This document shows, piece by piece, positions 38,936 to 54,200 of a stretch of 58,457 nt of DNA. The notes under the pieces are model-generated. The model made no database searches. It worked only from the letters and a program-made list of their open reading frames with translations, and was not told where the DNA came from. Both the position numbers and the translations under genes were made by a program. Location: contig JYFJ02000112.1 of the NCBI GenBank assembly GCA_000934665.2, positions 124,001 to 182,457 on the forward strand. Reading direction: 5' to 3'. This DNA comes from Catajapyx aquilonaris. Its lineage: Eukaryota. Every line of letters begins with the position of its first letter. Position 1 is the first letter of the stretch.

Positions 38936-39065
38936 TAATAGGCTTATATTCTCTCCGTCTGATGTTTGTCCGACCTGATAGTACAGCTATCTCTCGTACG
39001 ACCTGAGGGTGGCAGGAGTGTGCAGAGGGAAGGATGTGCCACCTATGCGTGAAAAATAGTACTAC
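38936..39065 (-). repeat. Dispersed MITE-like repeat of about 130 bp, copy B (inverted relative to copy A)
   Basis: Reverse complement aligns to 27878-28004. Confidence 0.8.
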
Positions 39066-42000
39066 GAGGAAAATCGGCGGGCCATCTCATTAAAATACTG
39101 TCATCCTGATTGTAGGTTTTCCCAAATTTTGAGAACGGGTAGTAATGGCAGGTTCCTTGTATGATCAGGGATTTGGAATCCCAGAACTCTTTTTTCCTCA
39201 ACACCTTGTGCAAAGTCTAGCCCATTGAAATCCGGGTGGGGGGTGTCTCCATCCGACACTGACCATTTGCGGATTTCATGCTCCCCTGATTCCATTTCAC
39301 GTCGTTACCCCCTCACGTTATCTCCCAATAGTCACAGGAATTCCCCGGGAAGCGCTCTCCACTTTTGCCCGGATAGGAGAGACGGCCGGCAGAGGCAAGC
39401 AGGGGGGAGGGGAAAAAAAAGGCAACTACGTCTTTCTCCCCGCAACTGCAAAATCCGGGTCGATCAGCGCCGCGCATTTCCCGGCATGCCACTCGAAAAA
39501 CCTACCCTCCCCGGAAAAGGCCTTTTCCTGGAGTGAGGATTGACCAATGGTCATGGATAGTTCGTTGAATGGGAGAGAAACCGCGTTTATCGTCGTGCCC
39601 GGACGAGCAGGGAGGCAAAAATCCGGGCGGGTTATTTCTGGCTCTGATTCTTGGCACCCTACCACACCCGAACCCGTTCAATGCCAATGCCAATCGCAAT
39701 GCCATTTTTCATGCGAATTGGCACAAGTTGGCCAGCCGAAAATTTCTGTGTGCTTTTGTGACCGGATGAAATAAAAGTTGCCGTATCAAGTGTGCAGCCA
39801 GCATTTGCGGGCTGTGTAAACAATGGGGGTTGGTAATGGAATTGGTACTGGTGCATGAACCGTGGCCGTTATAGAGTGCAACAAGTAAACTCCACCAGTC
39901 AGGCATTGTTCGTTATAGCTAGCCATTTTTGCCTTATATAGTCCCCAAAAAATGGGAGAGCAGAGCGAAATTCGCAGATTTATTTTTCTGAATGGAGTGA
40001 TTCATGACCGCCGGGATAAATCCAGGAAATGAGACACTTCCGCTTGGGTGAAGGAAAAAATGGTGATAAGATAATGCGGCCATTCGTCGTTTTTTTTTTA
40101 TGAATTGAGATTTTTAACGAATGCTTTGAAATCCTGAGGACGACAGTATCTATGACAGATATAAAGAAAGTCCGGATTGCTGTAATGCAAGATCCGCCAT
40201 ATCATTTTTGCTCTGATTGTACTTCAGCATGAAATTTCAAATTTACTGGTGCCATGTTGGGGGCTGCTGGGTTTCAAAATGTTGCTTGGACTCACCCTTT
40301 AAAATACACTGAATGGGAGCGTGTTTCAAACGATGTCACGTGGAGATGAATTGGTTTCGCCTCATATTCAAATGCTGTCATGGTGTGAGAAAAAAAGTGA
40401 AGTCTCTGAGCGAGTGATGTGGAGTGTAGCTAAAAAGATTTATAATATTCATAATGTATGTTCACAACCGTGACGCCTTGAGGCTGTATCGCATTTTGAC
40501 AGACGGAACGAAACTGAATCAACTGCAAAAGGGCCAGTCATAATCGCTGGATCGGGAACAAAAGAACCAAGGAGTAGAGGGGGGGGAAAAAAACTGGACA
40601 TCTTGCATCGATTGAATGCAACTGTTGTTTTTTTCCTCTCACCTGACCGGTTCTCCCAGAATTCAGCCCTGTAAGACCTACGCTTGGAATCAACCGTTTC
40701 CGAATGAATGTTGGAAAAAGACTCGACGTTGGCGGTCTGTCTCCCGGCTCCTAGATAAAAGGACCTGTAGGCGAAGGCTTTTGTTAGTCTCTAGGGTTGA
40801 AAAGTTCACATCTCCCTGCACGTCTGAATAATTTCTAATGCCGAGGGCATGCTGTACGAAAATTCCCAGGGAAGGTAGAGTCGCTGGGTGTTATTTTTTT
40901 TTGGTCTCTCGTTTTTTTTGTTCAGAGGGTAGGAAATGGGGATTCCGAGACAGGAAATGGATGCCGAGGGAAAATGTGGTGTCCCATCTGTAGTGTTTGT
41001 TGTACGGGGATCCCTCTTGTGACGAAAGGGTTCTTAAAGAGGAGTTATGGGAGGTAGGGCTGCTTTGAGGGAGACAATTAAAGCGGGGGGAATTGAATTA
41101 CTTTCGGATGCAAGAATCCGTGCAGGGACGTTGTTTCATGTGAAATAGTGGGTTCACGTTTCGGTGGCCATGTCCTACTTTTTGGGGGTGGTTTAGATCA
41201 ATAAAATGTTTAGCTGCAGATGGGTTCTGGGGGTAAAAGTTTTTTTTCTTCTTCCAGTTTACAGCATTTACTGAGATAACTCCGATTCACGATGTAGTGT
41301 TACAGGTTATAGTGCTCAGCATGAAACATTCAGTTTTAAGGGCAGTACAAACATGGGAGGGGAAACTTTTCTGGTAGCAATTATGCTAAAAGCGGAGTCA
41401 GGCAATGACTTTGATCACGTGCTGTCCCCAGAGTCCAGTTGAAAGACTACACAAGCTCATACAACTTGCAATACTGTGATTGTGTACTGTTACCTAACCG
41501 AAATAAAAGTTAGAGCTTGTACATCCGGCTTGTAATTCGGTCCTGTCATGACAAGTCTGCCAGGCATACAACCATCAGCATTATTTTTTTCAATTGCATT
41601 TATCCTGTAGGAGTATTCGTACAGCTCCTGGATACGTCATATTTTTCGACAGATATTACAGGTATTCCAGCAGAATTTTTTGTAGGTCTCAAAGTAGAGC
41701 TCGAGCTGACGAACCACAAGATTCGCAATGAGACTGTCTTCGCCATCTTGATCAGATCAGGGGCTTAACCGCATCAGCGTTGAAATGGCTCTTGTCTCCT
41801 GGATACGCGTCGCTAGTTTCCAACTTTTTTCTCTCTCTTCTTCTTCTTCGGGTTTCCAGGACGGTAATGTTTCCCTGGCAGCCAGTGAACCCGGAGTGCC
41901 TCTCAGGACAGGGGGCCATCAGCTTCAATTCCGCAGATGAGCAAACTTAGAGTGCCCGATCTCTCCCTAAAAAGGTAGAATCGGCGTGGCTTTACAGGGG

Positions 42001-45000
42001 CTTCCATTTTCCTGAAGAGTTTGATCCCAGCAGACCATCGTGGCAAAAAGTTTCTTTTTTTGGGGTGTGCCCCCCCTTTTTTTTAAGTCGATGAGGGAAG
42101 ATGAAGAGAAGTGGAGCTTAATGAGAACTCAGTCTGAGGTTCCCTGTTTTTGGGAGATTGAGGAAGACCAACTGCTGCAGCTCCATTGTCGTCAGCCGGC
42201 AGCACAATCTTTTTAATTACTTACGGGCCAGGAATTAGAGCTGGAGATGTCTGAACACAGGAGATTTAGCAGCCCTGTTGCAGTAACTTATCTGGATGTG
42301 TAAAAACATACTTGATTTTAAAGCCTTGTTGGGAGGGGTTGGAAGTGCAATAATGTTCTAAGTTAGATTAGTAGCGATTCTACCTTATTTACAGCCGCTA
42401 TCTGATGAGGAAGGCAGTAAAACGGAATTGTTTATGGCTCTGCGAATGTGCGTCTGAAGTCTCAGTGTAACGAGAATTGTGGCATTGATATCGGAGACAC
42501 TCGCTCTTCCATCTTCTCAACCGACCAGCGTTGGAGGTTATGTCATTGTCATCGTCAGTTTCAATAATAGAGCAGTTACCTAATGGGAAGCGGTCGTTCA
42601 CATATGGCATCATCTCTGACAAATGGGCGGAATTATGGCTGATGCAAGGAGGGAGAGACATGGGAATGAATCCCTATTGCGACAAGGAGATTACAAGCCG
42701 CAGTACGTAGAAATAAAACGTGCATTTGTAATACAGTGTCACATGATGCTTAATAGCTACATGAAATTGATTTTATTCCCTAATGACTGGTGTCATGAGA
42801 GTGGACTGCATTGTGCTGAAATAATATCAAATAATGTGCAATGAGTGTATAAGTAACTTGGATGCAAATGTAGCAGATTGCAAAACGATACATCGTGTTA
42901 CTGTGATTGAAAGTTGTCGAATGACCCACCTGTTATTCGCTTATTTCTGATCGATTGTTGTTGGTTTTAGGCTATACCACTGGACTCTTGGAAAAACACT
43001 GGTTTCTGCTGCAGTTGGTGGATTGAACTTGGCAGCATTGGAAATTGAAAGTCCAGACATGCAATTTAATCAGTGAATAGACGTACATTGGGGTGATGTG
43101 GGACAAACCAGGATTTATTGCCACTGTTTGGGAGCCTAAGGGGATTCGAAACTCTATCGAAGATCGTGTTACGATTACGTAAAAAAAAACATTGGCTAGG
43201 GTGAGAATCAAAGGCGCTTTCCAGGATTATTGTTTCCGCCCAGAGACAAATCCCACACGACAACAACTTGATCGCAATCCCCCGTAACGTGTGTCGTTGC
43301 CCAAGAAGAAAATCCATCAGGTCGCTCTTCCAGTAATGAACCACAAAAAGTTCCGGTCTTTTCCCTCGAGTTGCATTGAGCCGAAGAGGGGAGGAAGACA
43401 CGTCATTTCCTATCCGGTCCCTTCGATTGGCACTGACGCCTTACTCAATTATTGTCACAGGTAATTACGTGGGGAGGGTAACCGTACACTGGGTTGGGGG
43501 AGAAAAGAAAAGAATGTCCTTTCTGTGCGTCCAGTATGGCGTCTAGTATCGGATGTCTCGGAGCCATGTGCGTGGTAAATTGAAAGCGTTTTTGTTACGG
43601 TGCTGTTGTAGGCAGGTGATGCCCAAATATTGGATTTAACAGTTGGAGATCAGTACAGGACAATTTCGTTGTTGCAGCCATATGATCTGTTGGGCAGATG
43701 TAACCATTGTGGGTACGTGATGGTCGAAAAGGTTACGTGTTGCCCTGACCTTCTCGAGCTCCCCTTTCACGGGCCTTCTGTTTTCACCCCCTCTTCAGCA
43801 GTTGCTGATTGGCGCTTCTGGAGGACCCCGGGTCGTGTGTGCTTTTTGGTCCTGGGCACGTGCCACGCGGCAGATGTTGTTGAGAGATGCTGCTGCGGGG
43901 AAAAAAGTTTTTCGGCTTTGAAATGCTGCTCCGACGTTTTATATATGTATTTTCTTTTTCTCTCGACTTGGTCCAGTCTGGGTAACAGATTGGAAATGGC
44001 GTTTTCCCTTCAGTACGTTCCCCCATCCATCATTCATCGGAGCGAATTCGATTATTCCGCCGGGATTCACATCGCCTTAAAATCCCATTATTCGCGGATT
44101 TCTGGCGGAAGGATTTTGTCCAGGAAATGGACGCTGGACAAGGGAAAATCGATCCCAGGGTTTTCGCGAAGGTGGTTGACACTCGGGTGCAAGTGACATA
44201 ATATTATTACTCGTAAAGTACTCGCTGACTTGACCCTGGCTACCTTCCAGCGTTCTGTACAGCAGCGGAATAGCCACTTTGGGAAACCGCCAGCCGCCAT
44301 GTTGAGGTTGTGGAGAAAGTGGTTACTTTTTTTTCTTTCTTTCTGGGGGAAGCTGTATGAATAGGAGGGGGTGTCCACACAGCAGACAACGGGAAGCCCC
44401 CTCGACATTTCCATATGAGGATGTTGTATTGACTGAATGACCTTTCTTCATGGGTGCTGATATCAGTGCATGGAGAGGAAGTTCTGAGTCAGCTGGAGGC
44501 AATAGACGTGGGCGAAAACCCCCGGCGTTTAGTCGCCATCTGTTCACTCCGTCGAGGAAACTGATAACGGGCTATACAGGGGGGAAACTTTTCCTTTGTG
44601 TGTGAGGGGGAGTGGGGGTCACAAGCACCTCATTTGTCTAGGATGTTTTGGTAACGCGGCCATTGTTGCGGTCCCGTAGAGGGACATTCCCCTGTTGCGG
44701 GAGATTGTCCGGAGTACGTGTTTATCGCGAGGTTTCTTCCCAGAATGAAGTCTTGACTGTGGTTCGGGGGTGAGGGTGGATATATCTTTAGGAGGCACGT
44801 CAAGAGAGCGTGGCTAGGGGGGAAGGGGAACGTTGTGGCCGGCAACGACATTGACAGGGATTTAAACTGGCCATTGGGCAAATAGAAAGGGATGTTTTCC
44901 GGGGGGGTTGCCAGGACTGCATGGCGAAGGAAGGCGCCAGTTGCCAACAACAGACACTGTATTTGAACAGGGGGCATGGACTCCAGGGAGTGGGAATCCA

Positions 45001-45143
45001 GCTCTGAGAAATGCAATAGTGTTGCTAATATCAATGAAACCATAGTAACGCGCATTGACGGACAAAGTGACACAATCCGTGACTCCACCCCATCACCTAG
45101 GTAGTAGGTAGTAGGTATACCATACCTTTCACTTTCCCCGTTC

Positions 45144-45146
<3 letters not shown>

Positions 45147-45215
<69 letters not shown>
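45147..45215. repeat. (TA)n microsatellite, about 34 units
   Basis: Uninterrupted TA run read directly. Confidence 0.97.
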
Positions 45216-45218
<3 letters not shown>

Positions 45219-48200
45219 GACATAGTAGTGTAGCGCCCTGGTGGGCTTTGTCCGCACAATGTCTCATCACCAACGTGCATGTTGTAGTACTTTCTCCCTG
45301 AGAGTGGCAGAGGTGCTGTGCAGATGGAGAGCCTATGCGCCGACTGGTAGTGGCCTATCGCACTACGTCCAAGTTGGGGGGTGGGCCAAGCAGTTGGTTC
45401 GATACTAGTTTCACAGAGTTGCACGTGCCTGCATTTATTGTACATGTGAGTCAATTATCAGGTTACAACAGTGATGTCATTTAAAACAAAAAAATTAGGG
45501 CATTTAAACGATTTGTACTATTTTGAAATTGACGAAATTCAAGGCCGACCTTCATTCAGAGCCACGTGAAATCTGTTGGGAAAATGAGTGTAATTTTCGC
45601 TTCAACTATTTTTAGAGTAGCAAGCTGCCTATTTGAGACATGACACGTTTTGCTTGATCAGCCCTGCGGGGACTCCACGGCTGGTTTTATGGCAATCTCC
45701 TGCCTAAAGCGCGTGCAGGCCGTTGGGTGACCAGGGTATAAAGCGAGGGAGGATCGAGAGGAATCCCATCATGGGGGTTCCGATGTAATCCGGATCAAGA
45801 GACAGTTCGTGAAGTTAATCTAAGTCTGTTCCAATTCCTTTCCAGACAGCTGATCCATTAGGAAGGGACCCAACGAAAAGCAGCCTCTCCGCTTTTCTAT
45901 ATGTGGTAAGTGTGGGAAAAGGTTCCACCCCTCCCTCTTCATCTCTTCTTCTTCTTCTTAAAGCGGATGAAGGGCACGGATGCGAGAGAAGCTTGCCGGG
46001 TCGGGAAATTTTAGACTCCCAGATTCCAATAGGGAATGCGGTATATCTTTGTTGCATTACTGAAAAGCAGATAAAAAAAAGCGAAGAAGAAAAAGGGCCG
46101 ATGAAAAGGGATCCCTCCCTTCTGCCGGAAATAGGGGAAGAAATCGGGCGAGCAAGAATATTGTTTGCTCCAGTGGTTGTCTGATGTCTTAGCTGAAACT
46201 CTCCAGATGATTGAGAAGAAAAAAGGCATGGTCGTATGTAATTATTGGATACGACAGTTATCCTGCTTTTTGAGAGGAAACGACATAACTTTCTATTTTT
46301 GTGACGTTTATTGAATGCGAAGGCTCTCGAATTTACGCCATATCGAATTGTATTTGAATGTGTGTCGAAACCTGTCACTATTTACACGATATTCAGATGT
46401 CAGCTATAGGCGTAATTTTCGTCATATTGGGCAGTAAATTATGCTGCAGAACTGACAGCTAAACTGCAAAAGCATACGGCAACAATATTGTGGCAATAGA
46501 TTTGTGCAAGAGGCAGTCGGATTGACGGCCTGACATAACCTGTAACAAACGCAGCGGGTTGTGCCATTATAGTTTACATTATGCGACATATAATCTAGAC
46601 GAACTAGTGCCCGTCACATAATTTGTTAACGAGTGAATGCACTTTGTGAGCGTAGTAGGAATATTTGAATGCAAAGGGCACTAAATCATATAACGGAACT
46701 TCTTTATTTAATACCGCTTCGGCTCATTAAAACGCTCACAATTAATGCGCGCATGAAGGATGCTTTTTATGTCTTTGTTTATCCCTCGTTTGTACCCATC
46801 CGCAAACTTCAGCACAAAGGGCGTGTGTGGAGCTCAGCAAAAATCTAGGTCAACGAGTAGAGCTAGATGCACTTTTTTTTTTTGTTATCCCAGGGAATTC
46901 ACACAACGCCTCTTGACCCGCAGCAAAAAGGGAGCAAAAAGCCGCATCGATTTGGTGTAAAAAGAGGCGAGGATGGCCTATTTCCACGTCTCGCCTAATC
47001 CGAAAGCCGCTGTCTCAGCTTCTATATAAGGTGTAGGGTTGAAGGAAGTTGAATCAAAATTATAAAAAAAAAGACAAAAAGAGGATGGGAAGTTCCATCA
47101 AAATAGCGTTGTTTGTGGCACTGTAATCCACCCGTCGGCTGTACTTTGGCAGCAAATATTTGGAGGGTAATAACGAGGATCGCGTAATTAGCCGTGTTAT
47201 TAGGGAGGGATCTGGGGGGTTGCAATGACAGTTTTTAGCGAATAAAATTTCCCGCAGGTTCTCACGCCAATTGCTCCCATGATTGTCTTCAAAAACTTTT
47301 TGTTGACCTGGTTTTTGGCTGGCTGTAAAGTGCGAAACTTTTTTTATTATTAACTCGTGTTGCACAATCTGATGTAACCTTAGAGTTCCTATCGTCTGAA
47401 AAGCCATTTTCATAAATCCTGATATCCGGTTCCCCAATTCCAGGAGTAATAAAAACAGTTCTCTTCCAGCGACCTGGTTCTTTGGCTGGCGGCCAGATCC
47501 AGCGTCACAATATCTGTTTTCATACCCTGCCTCAATTTGAGAAATGCTGTGCATTTCATGTGGCTTAGTACATTGTTCAAAAAAAAAAAATCACAGAAAA
47601 TTTTGCAAAATTGGCTTCTGGTGCACATGTGAAATATTTTCAGTGCAGTCCGGATTAAACTACAATGTGTAATATTATTAGTGGTTTTGTTTTTGCGTCA
47701 AATGCAGATGCGGTTTAGGACCATGCAGCAAAACGATTAATTATGCGAAAAAGAAGAGGGAGGGGGAAGGGGGGGGGGGATGTTTTCAGTGGTTGGCTAG
47801 AATTTGCAGTGCCAGTGTTGTCGCAGTGGGATAGGGCGAAACGTACCTGTTTGCACTATTTATTTTGCCGAGCGTGCATGCCATTGTACACAGCACTGTG
47901 CGTATTTACTTTTGTTTACCGCCGTGAGAACATGGGCCTTTTTTCCCCTCCCGGCTTGTTCTCTGGCTCATACAAATGGCATTGCATTTGACATGGCTAC
48001 TCGTCAGCGGAGTTAATATCGTTATAGCTGTTAAATCCAGTATACTGTAATAGCCTCTGTTTATCATTTAGAGCCACCTTACTATTTTGGTATGGCACAA
48101 AGAATTCATTCAGCCCGTCTGTGCCAGACAAGGCGTGTTCATTGTTTTATCGGATATCGCGTCGGTAGCGTGCTCTTTTTCTATTATTAATAGGCAAAAA

Positions 48201-51200
48201 GAACGGCGCTTTTTCCGCCGTTAAAGTAGAGCAGCAGACTGGGCAGTTGCAAACCGCGGTGCACGCACGTGATATGGGGCCAGCGTCTCGTAATTCAAGG
48301 CGAAAAGACATGCAGTATTGACCTTCGTGGGAGGCCACAAAGTATAGGCCAGTTAGTTAGTAGCCTTGGATCCGCATTGCAGGCAGCGCTTGCTTGCCTA
48401 GCTCTCCCCATCCACCATATATTTAACATAAAATATCAGCGTAACTCATATACCCCGGGGCATGCAAATGCACAGCGGGATGAAACCCCCCCTACCAATC
48501 CTTTATTGCCTTTCCCCCGCCAGGCGCCTGATAAAGGCGAAGAAAAGAGGAGGACTCTCCAGAAAACTGGGACATTGTCCTTTTGTGCCTGGGAATTTCT
48601 GGAGCTGTGTTGAACAGACGGCCCCCGCGATATTATATTCGGGTTAGTCCCCATGCGACGCCTTTGGATGTCAAAAGTGTGGCCATGCGGCAACAGCCTC
48701 TCGTCCAATCACACGCGCTGTTGGGTTTTGTACCAAGCAAGCTATTAGGCGCGCGCATCACGTGGTTACCATTTTTTTGCATTATTTTCGCGGCAATAAT
48801 GGAGCGTAAACAGCGTTTAAGTACTTAAAGTCGGTGGAGGCTGAACAAATTTTTCTTCATCCAAAAATTAGTTTTGCAAATGAGCTTCTTAGAGCTTGTT
48901 AAAATGATTCTGAGGCAATGTAAGCGAAGTACTTCCACCATCCCACTTAAAATTACTGTAATTACCTGCAGCCTGCAACGTAAGCGGGCGAAGACGGGCA
49001 TAATTAGAGCTCCATTTACATGGCTGTTCGAGATTTGAAGCATATCTCGTTGGAGATGTGACAGCTGCGCAGATGAACCTTTTGCCCAATCACGTGCGGT
49101 TTTTATTCTGCACCGAGCGCTTGGATTGGTCCGAGTAGTTGCGCGCGCATGGCCTTGTTGCCACATCGCTCTAAATAATGTGGCGCCATCTTGTGACTTT
49201 TGGAGACAACAGGTATACCGCGGCGTCACGGGCAGAGGGAGTCATCCCGAATTTATTGCTAAGACGTGCGATTTTGAGTTTTAGTAGAGGTGAGGTGAGG
49301 GAGAGGGGGTTATTGATCATGGCGTCGCTTAGGACGCGGTCGACGCCCGCCTGCGATGCCTTTACCCTGCGCTATACCCCCGAACTTTTTACAGTAATGG
49401 AACCCATCTGGGAGTATAAGGTGGGAGGATTTTGTAGGGGGGGTCACAAACCCCGCCCCCGCTTTTCGGAATTTTGGAAGTCTGAGCTGTACGTTTTCGC
49501 CTCCCAGGCTCCCCAAGTTCCAGAGATGCCACCGCCAACGTGCCTTTTACATATTGATTCCTTATGCTTATGGCGTTATGTGATCTTGTACGTTCGCTTT
49601 CCAAATTAGGTTTGCTATTCGGCGCGTTCCTAGGTCTTGATGCAGGTCTCGTGAGGTCAATCCAAATAACTGCGGGTAGACAAAAAAAAAAAGAAGGGGG
49701 CGGTTATTGCGTTTTTCCCTCCCTGAAAGCCTGAAGCACGGATAAACAATTTTGAAAAGGAGCTGTTTTTTTCTGTTTGAAGTTGACATTCCTTTCGCTG
49801 CAGTAATAAAGAGCTGGCGGGATTTTCGCGAGGGGTTTGTGTGTGTGTGTGTGGGAGGGGGGGGGGCGGTATGGATTATTTCGCCATTTTCTCCCACCCC
49901 AACTTTGCAAAGCTCGAGGAATGGGATATTAACCCATGCTGCTTCCTCTCAGCGCAGTTCGAAGTTTCGAAACTTGGTGGCTAATTAACATTTGGCGCGA
50001 TGTTATATGTTCTTTTGTTGTTTTTTTTTAAAAGCTGGAGGCGTTTAATCCGACACGCCCTGCCAGCAGATATACCTTAACAGAATATAATATTCAAATA
50101 ACTTCGAGCGAGAAGGACCCTCTTCTCTCATGTCACGTCGTTGAAGACAGGACCTATAAGGACACGTTAGTGGCTTCCAGAATGGGATTGGATGCTGATG
50201 CTGCTTTTATTGTAATAAACCGTGGTCTGAGAGTATCCCCTTCAGATGATGGAAGGGGCTTGCAGCTTCTGTTGCAATATTACGAGCTGGGGAGTGGCAC
50301 TTAAGGTCGTCACTGTCACTGAAATCCGAGTTCTAGTGGCTTGAAACGGGGAGACGAAAATTGCACGGAGTCACACTGACACCGTTGAAGGTCGCAAACC
50401 ACACAGCCACCTTGATTCGACCGTGCATATCGCTCAGACATTGATATGGTATGTTTGAACTGAGAGGAAGTGAGTCAGTGGAGATTTACAGTTTGTAAGA
50501 TTAGTACAGGGCGGAATTAGTCACCTGTTCAAATGAAAAGTTATTTCCGTGCCATCACACTGTGCAGCGTGACTGTTGGCTGCAATGCAGGGAGTGTCCA
50601 TCATTTTAAATCGGTGTTTTTGAATGCATCCATGGCCGCGAGCAATTGATGCTCGAAACCGGTGCTATACGTAGTGATGATTGGACGGTCTAATTCAGCA
50701 GGACGCGATGATTTAAGTAGCATATATGCCCCGGCTTTATCAGTTGACATGTATACCTTCCAAGCCCCCAGCCAGGGGAAAAGGGTTGGATGGAAATGGG
50801 AGGCTGGGGAGCCCCTTTTCTTCCGTCTAAAATCCCAGCGAATTGACCGCGAAGCAGGAATTATTGGCGTCGTTGCAACGAAAGGTTTTTCAGCAGCTGT
50901 ACACACCCCCAGCATTTTGTGTAGAAACCGAGGAGTTATTATAGATGCGGGTGCCCCACCAGGCCACCATGACAAATGGAAACCCAGCTAAATGAACATC
51001 TGATTCAGTTGGAAACCATCCTGCGCCGCATCGACCCTCCCAAGCAAGATGCCCCTGCAGGAAGAAAATAAAGTTACATTTATCGCGTAATTTGTATTCC
51101 TCCGTAGCACCGATATGGAGCTGGAATAATTCATTATGTATTGCAAAGGCGTCTGCAATTCTCACGCAAATGGAGCACGCGAGAGTTACGTCTCCCAAGC

Positions 51201-54200
51201 CACTTTGATTCCCAAAAGTGATTCAAATAAAGGCCCGGCCATGAGAGTGGAAAACACATGCATCCTTCTTCCAAGACAGAAAATATAGGATTCCTCCAGT
51301 CGGAACCCAAGACAAAAAAAACAGAAGACGAGGGCTCGCTCTCTGTCTACCTCACCTTGAACAGAATGGTCCAAGAAAGAGACAAATGTCGGATCCGACC
51401 ATCCATTTTATTACCCGCTGCTTTTTCGTCATTGGGACGGCCTCTAATCTAGGGGACTGCTTGTAAGGAAGGTGAATCAGAAAGGGGTCCTAGGGGAGCC
51501 GCCTTTTTTCTCTTATCGCCCGAGTGATTGGCTTGATCAGATGCACATTGATTGATGAACTCGTCCCCCCGTCCAACTTGTCTCCTTCTTGAGGGGGACA
51601 CTGGTCCGGAATAAGCCACTCTTTTGAATCGAGGGCACCCTTCCGATCATTAACGACCCCCCATCACTTGCCTCTCTTTTTTGTCTGTTAAACACCCCTC
51701 TTCTTCCGGGACAAAAGAGAATAGATTGTGGCGAGGATGAGGCCAGGCCACTAATTTCGGGGAGGGCCAAAAAGTTGAAGAGGGGACTACCGAGTTGTGG
51801 GGGTCATTTTACGCCCAACTGAGCACGACGCAGGGCATAGGAAGCCACTGTTTCGCCGTATAGGAACCGGTGATGAATTATTAAGCGATGTAACATCAAG
51901 CGGGACGTTTGACCCGTTCGCCAACATGGTTCTGCGTTAATATTCAGACGACATTGCGATACATGATAATTGTATCAAGGCTGGGGGTACACGAGATGAC
52001 CCCGCCCCNCCCCCCCCCCCCCGATGTACGTGCCGAGCCTTGAAACTTGCAGGATTGCTCTCCCAGTGAGCAGTGTGGTTGACTTCCTGGCATGTAATTT
52101 GCCAAGAGATGGCGGAACCAAATCTGGTCCTATTCATATTGTATAAGTGCCCTAATTCTCCCTGCAGGTGAAAAGTTGATGAGAAAAAGTCGCAGGTGTG
52201 AGACTTATCCTGTAAGTTAGATAGACTGCGTGGCATCCAGGCGAATCATGTCGTCTACCTACAGGCGCAAGTATACATCAGGAGAGGACGAATGAGCCCA
52301 TAGCATGATTAGGCCTAATTGTTAAAGCAAAATTGTGTACTTCAGCTTTACAGGGAGAAGAGGTGTGCAATGAATATGATAGCTGAAATTGCACGCTACA
52401 CTACATCACGTATACGTATATTGATTATGGTCATTCTCACGTTTATGTCTGGAGCGGTCATGAACCCTCCAAACGTACCGAGGAAAAGCAATGGCAGGAC
52501 ATAGAAGGGAAAACCTTTGCATATACTTAACACGGACCGACTCCGGAACATTTAATCCAGGAATGTCGGGGGGTGGCTGGCTCTGCTTTCAGATGCAATG
52601 GCTTGTTTCAACTGTAAGCAAAGCCTGCCTATCACGCACAGCTCGTTGGTTTTCACGCCTTTCCAGGAAGGATAGCATGTACGCTGTGCGCGGGGTAATT
52701 TATATTGGATGGGACTTGAAGGGTGGGGAGAGTCAATCCCCTGTCTTTCCGAGCGACTGAAGCACGTCAGACCGATATTCAGATGCCCGTTTGCTTAGGA
52801 AAAAAGTGAGAAATTTCAGGGAAAAACCGTAATGCAGAGGCGGTGGTTATGCCGCGCGTTTTAGATGCTAATCCTCCATAATGATGTCGCTGGATAGTGA
52901 GGGGCCAGCTTTACATGTCCATAGGACCCGCAATGCAAACTAGGTGAATTAATGAGGTTAGTGCCATAGGTTGCAGGAAGGGTGATTAGCAACGGCGTGT
53001 AATCCGGCTGCCATTAACTTGATAATGGCGTCGTAATGTAAATAAACGCGGTCATTGTTGCAAAGTGAGCGGGCATCCCCTCAACTCCCTTTCTCCTCCT
53101 AAAGCAAGAGTCTTCTCACTATTCATGGAAAAGGTGTTCGATAGGCCTTGGGCACACCGTCTACGCCCCAGAATCGATCCGAGCAAGGGGAGATCTGGAA
53201 AGGAAAAGCAGCCTCCCAAATCTCTTATACGTGGACACGATGAGAACCCTACACCTTCTGCATATGCAGCACTAATTTTATCTGAATAAATCTGATGAGA
53301 ATTAATGTCAGACCTTTACCTGGAGGGATTGATTAAGATGACGATTAATGAGTCATAAGCTAATTAGGATCCGGTTGGCAGGGACGGGGTGTGTGTGTGT
53401 GTCTCTGAACGGGTATTATCGACTCGCAAGCCTCCCGGTTTTGCAGCAGTTGTGTGCAAAGGGGGGGACCAGGACCGTGAATTATGCAGACCCAATTTCG
53501 GGTGGAATGCCGCCTGACTGTACTTGGCGTGCAACAATTGGCCTGCTTGAAAAATAATACCATAATTACAGCTAATAAAGCTGGGGGGATGTAAAAGAAT
53601 GCTCGCTGGCACATATATGCAACAGAAGTCTGAAAATAACATTATTTTAAACTGTGCAATCGCCATAAATCACCGGATGTCGGTGTTTATGTCGTTACAT
53701 CCCCCTTTTTTCCTTAATATGTGGGTGTTTCTTGTGGCCAAGGTGGAGTCATGCTATAGTTAAAAGGGGGGCTCTTCAAGTGGGTTATTGAGCCATGATT
53801 TATGGCGGGATGTGAGGGTGGACGGGTCAACAGTATGTCCCCACAGTGCTGTGTGAACTGCAGTGAAACCCGGAAAGTAGCTCAAAATATTAAGCAGTAA
53901 AATATTCGATTGGTTGTGGTGTGGGTGAAGTTTTAAACGCGTATCATGTTTAGAAGTCAACGATGCATTCATCACACGAAGCATCAGGGTGAGAATGACG
54001 TTGAAGTGTATACACACACAGCGAGAGGTACTTAAGCCGAATTAGAACCTGCCGGTATATTTAGCCCACAGCTTGGATGCGGTTTTGAGAACCCGAGTTT
54101 GCAGTGGGCGTGAATACGGCTCGTTATATTCGTCGCCCAATTTCACTCAAGGATGAGAAGAAGCCTCTCGTCGTCTGCCTGACGTTTTCTTGAGGCGATT

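Noticed and set aside
27878..39065. A single 11-kb transposon bounded by the inverted 130-bp repeats
   Set aside because: No TSD at the outer ends and no transposase remnant seen inside.
45146..45454. ORF ending in (YI)n
   Set aside because: It is a translation of the TA microsatellite.
48091..48130. ATGGCACAAAGAATTCA, resembling miR-263
   Set aside because: It mismatches the known mature sequence, and the stem is too short for a pre-miRNA.
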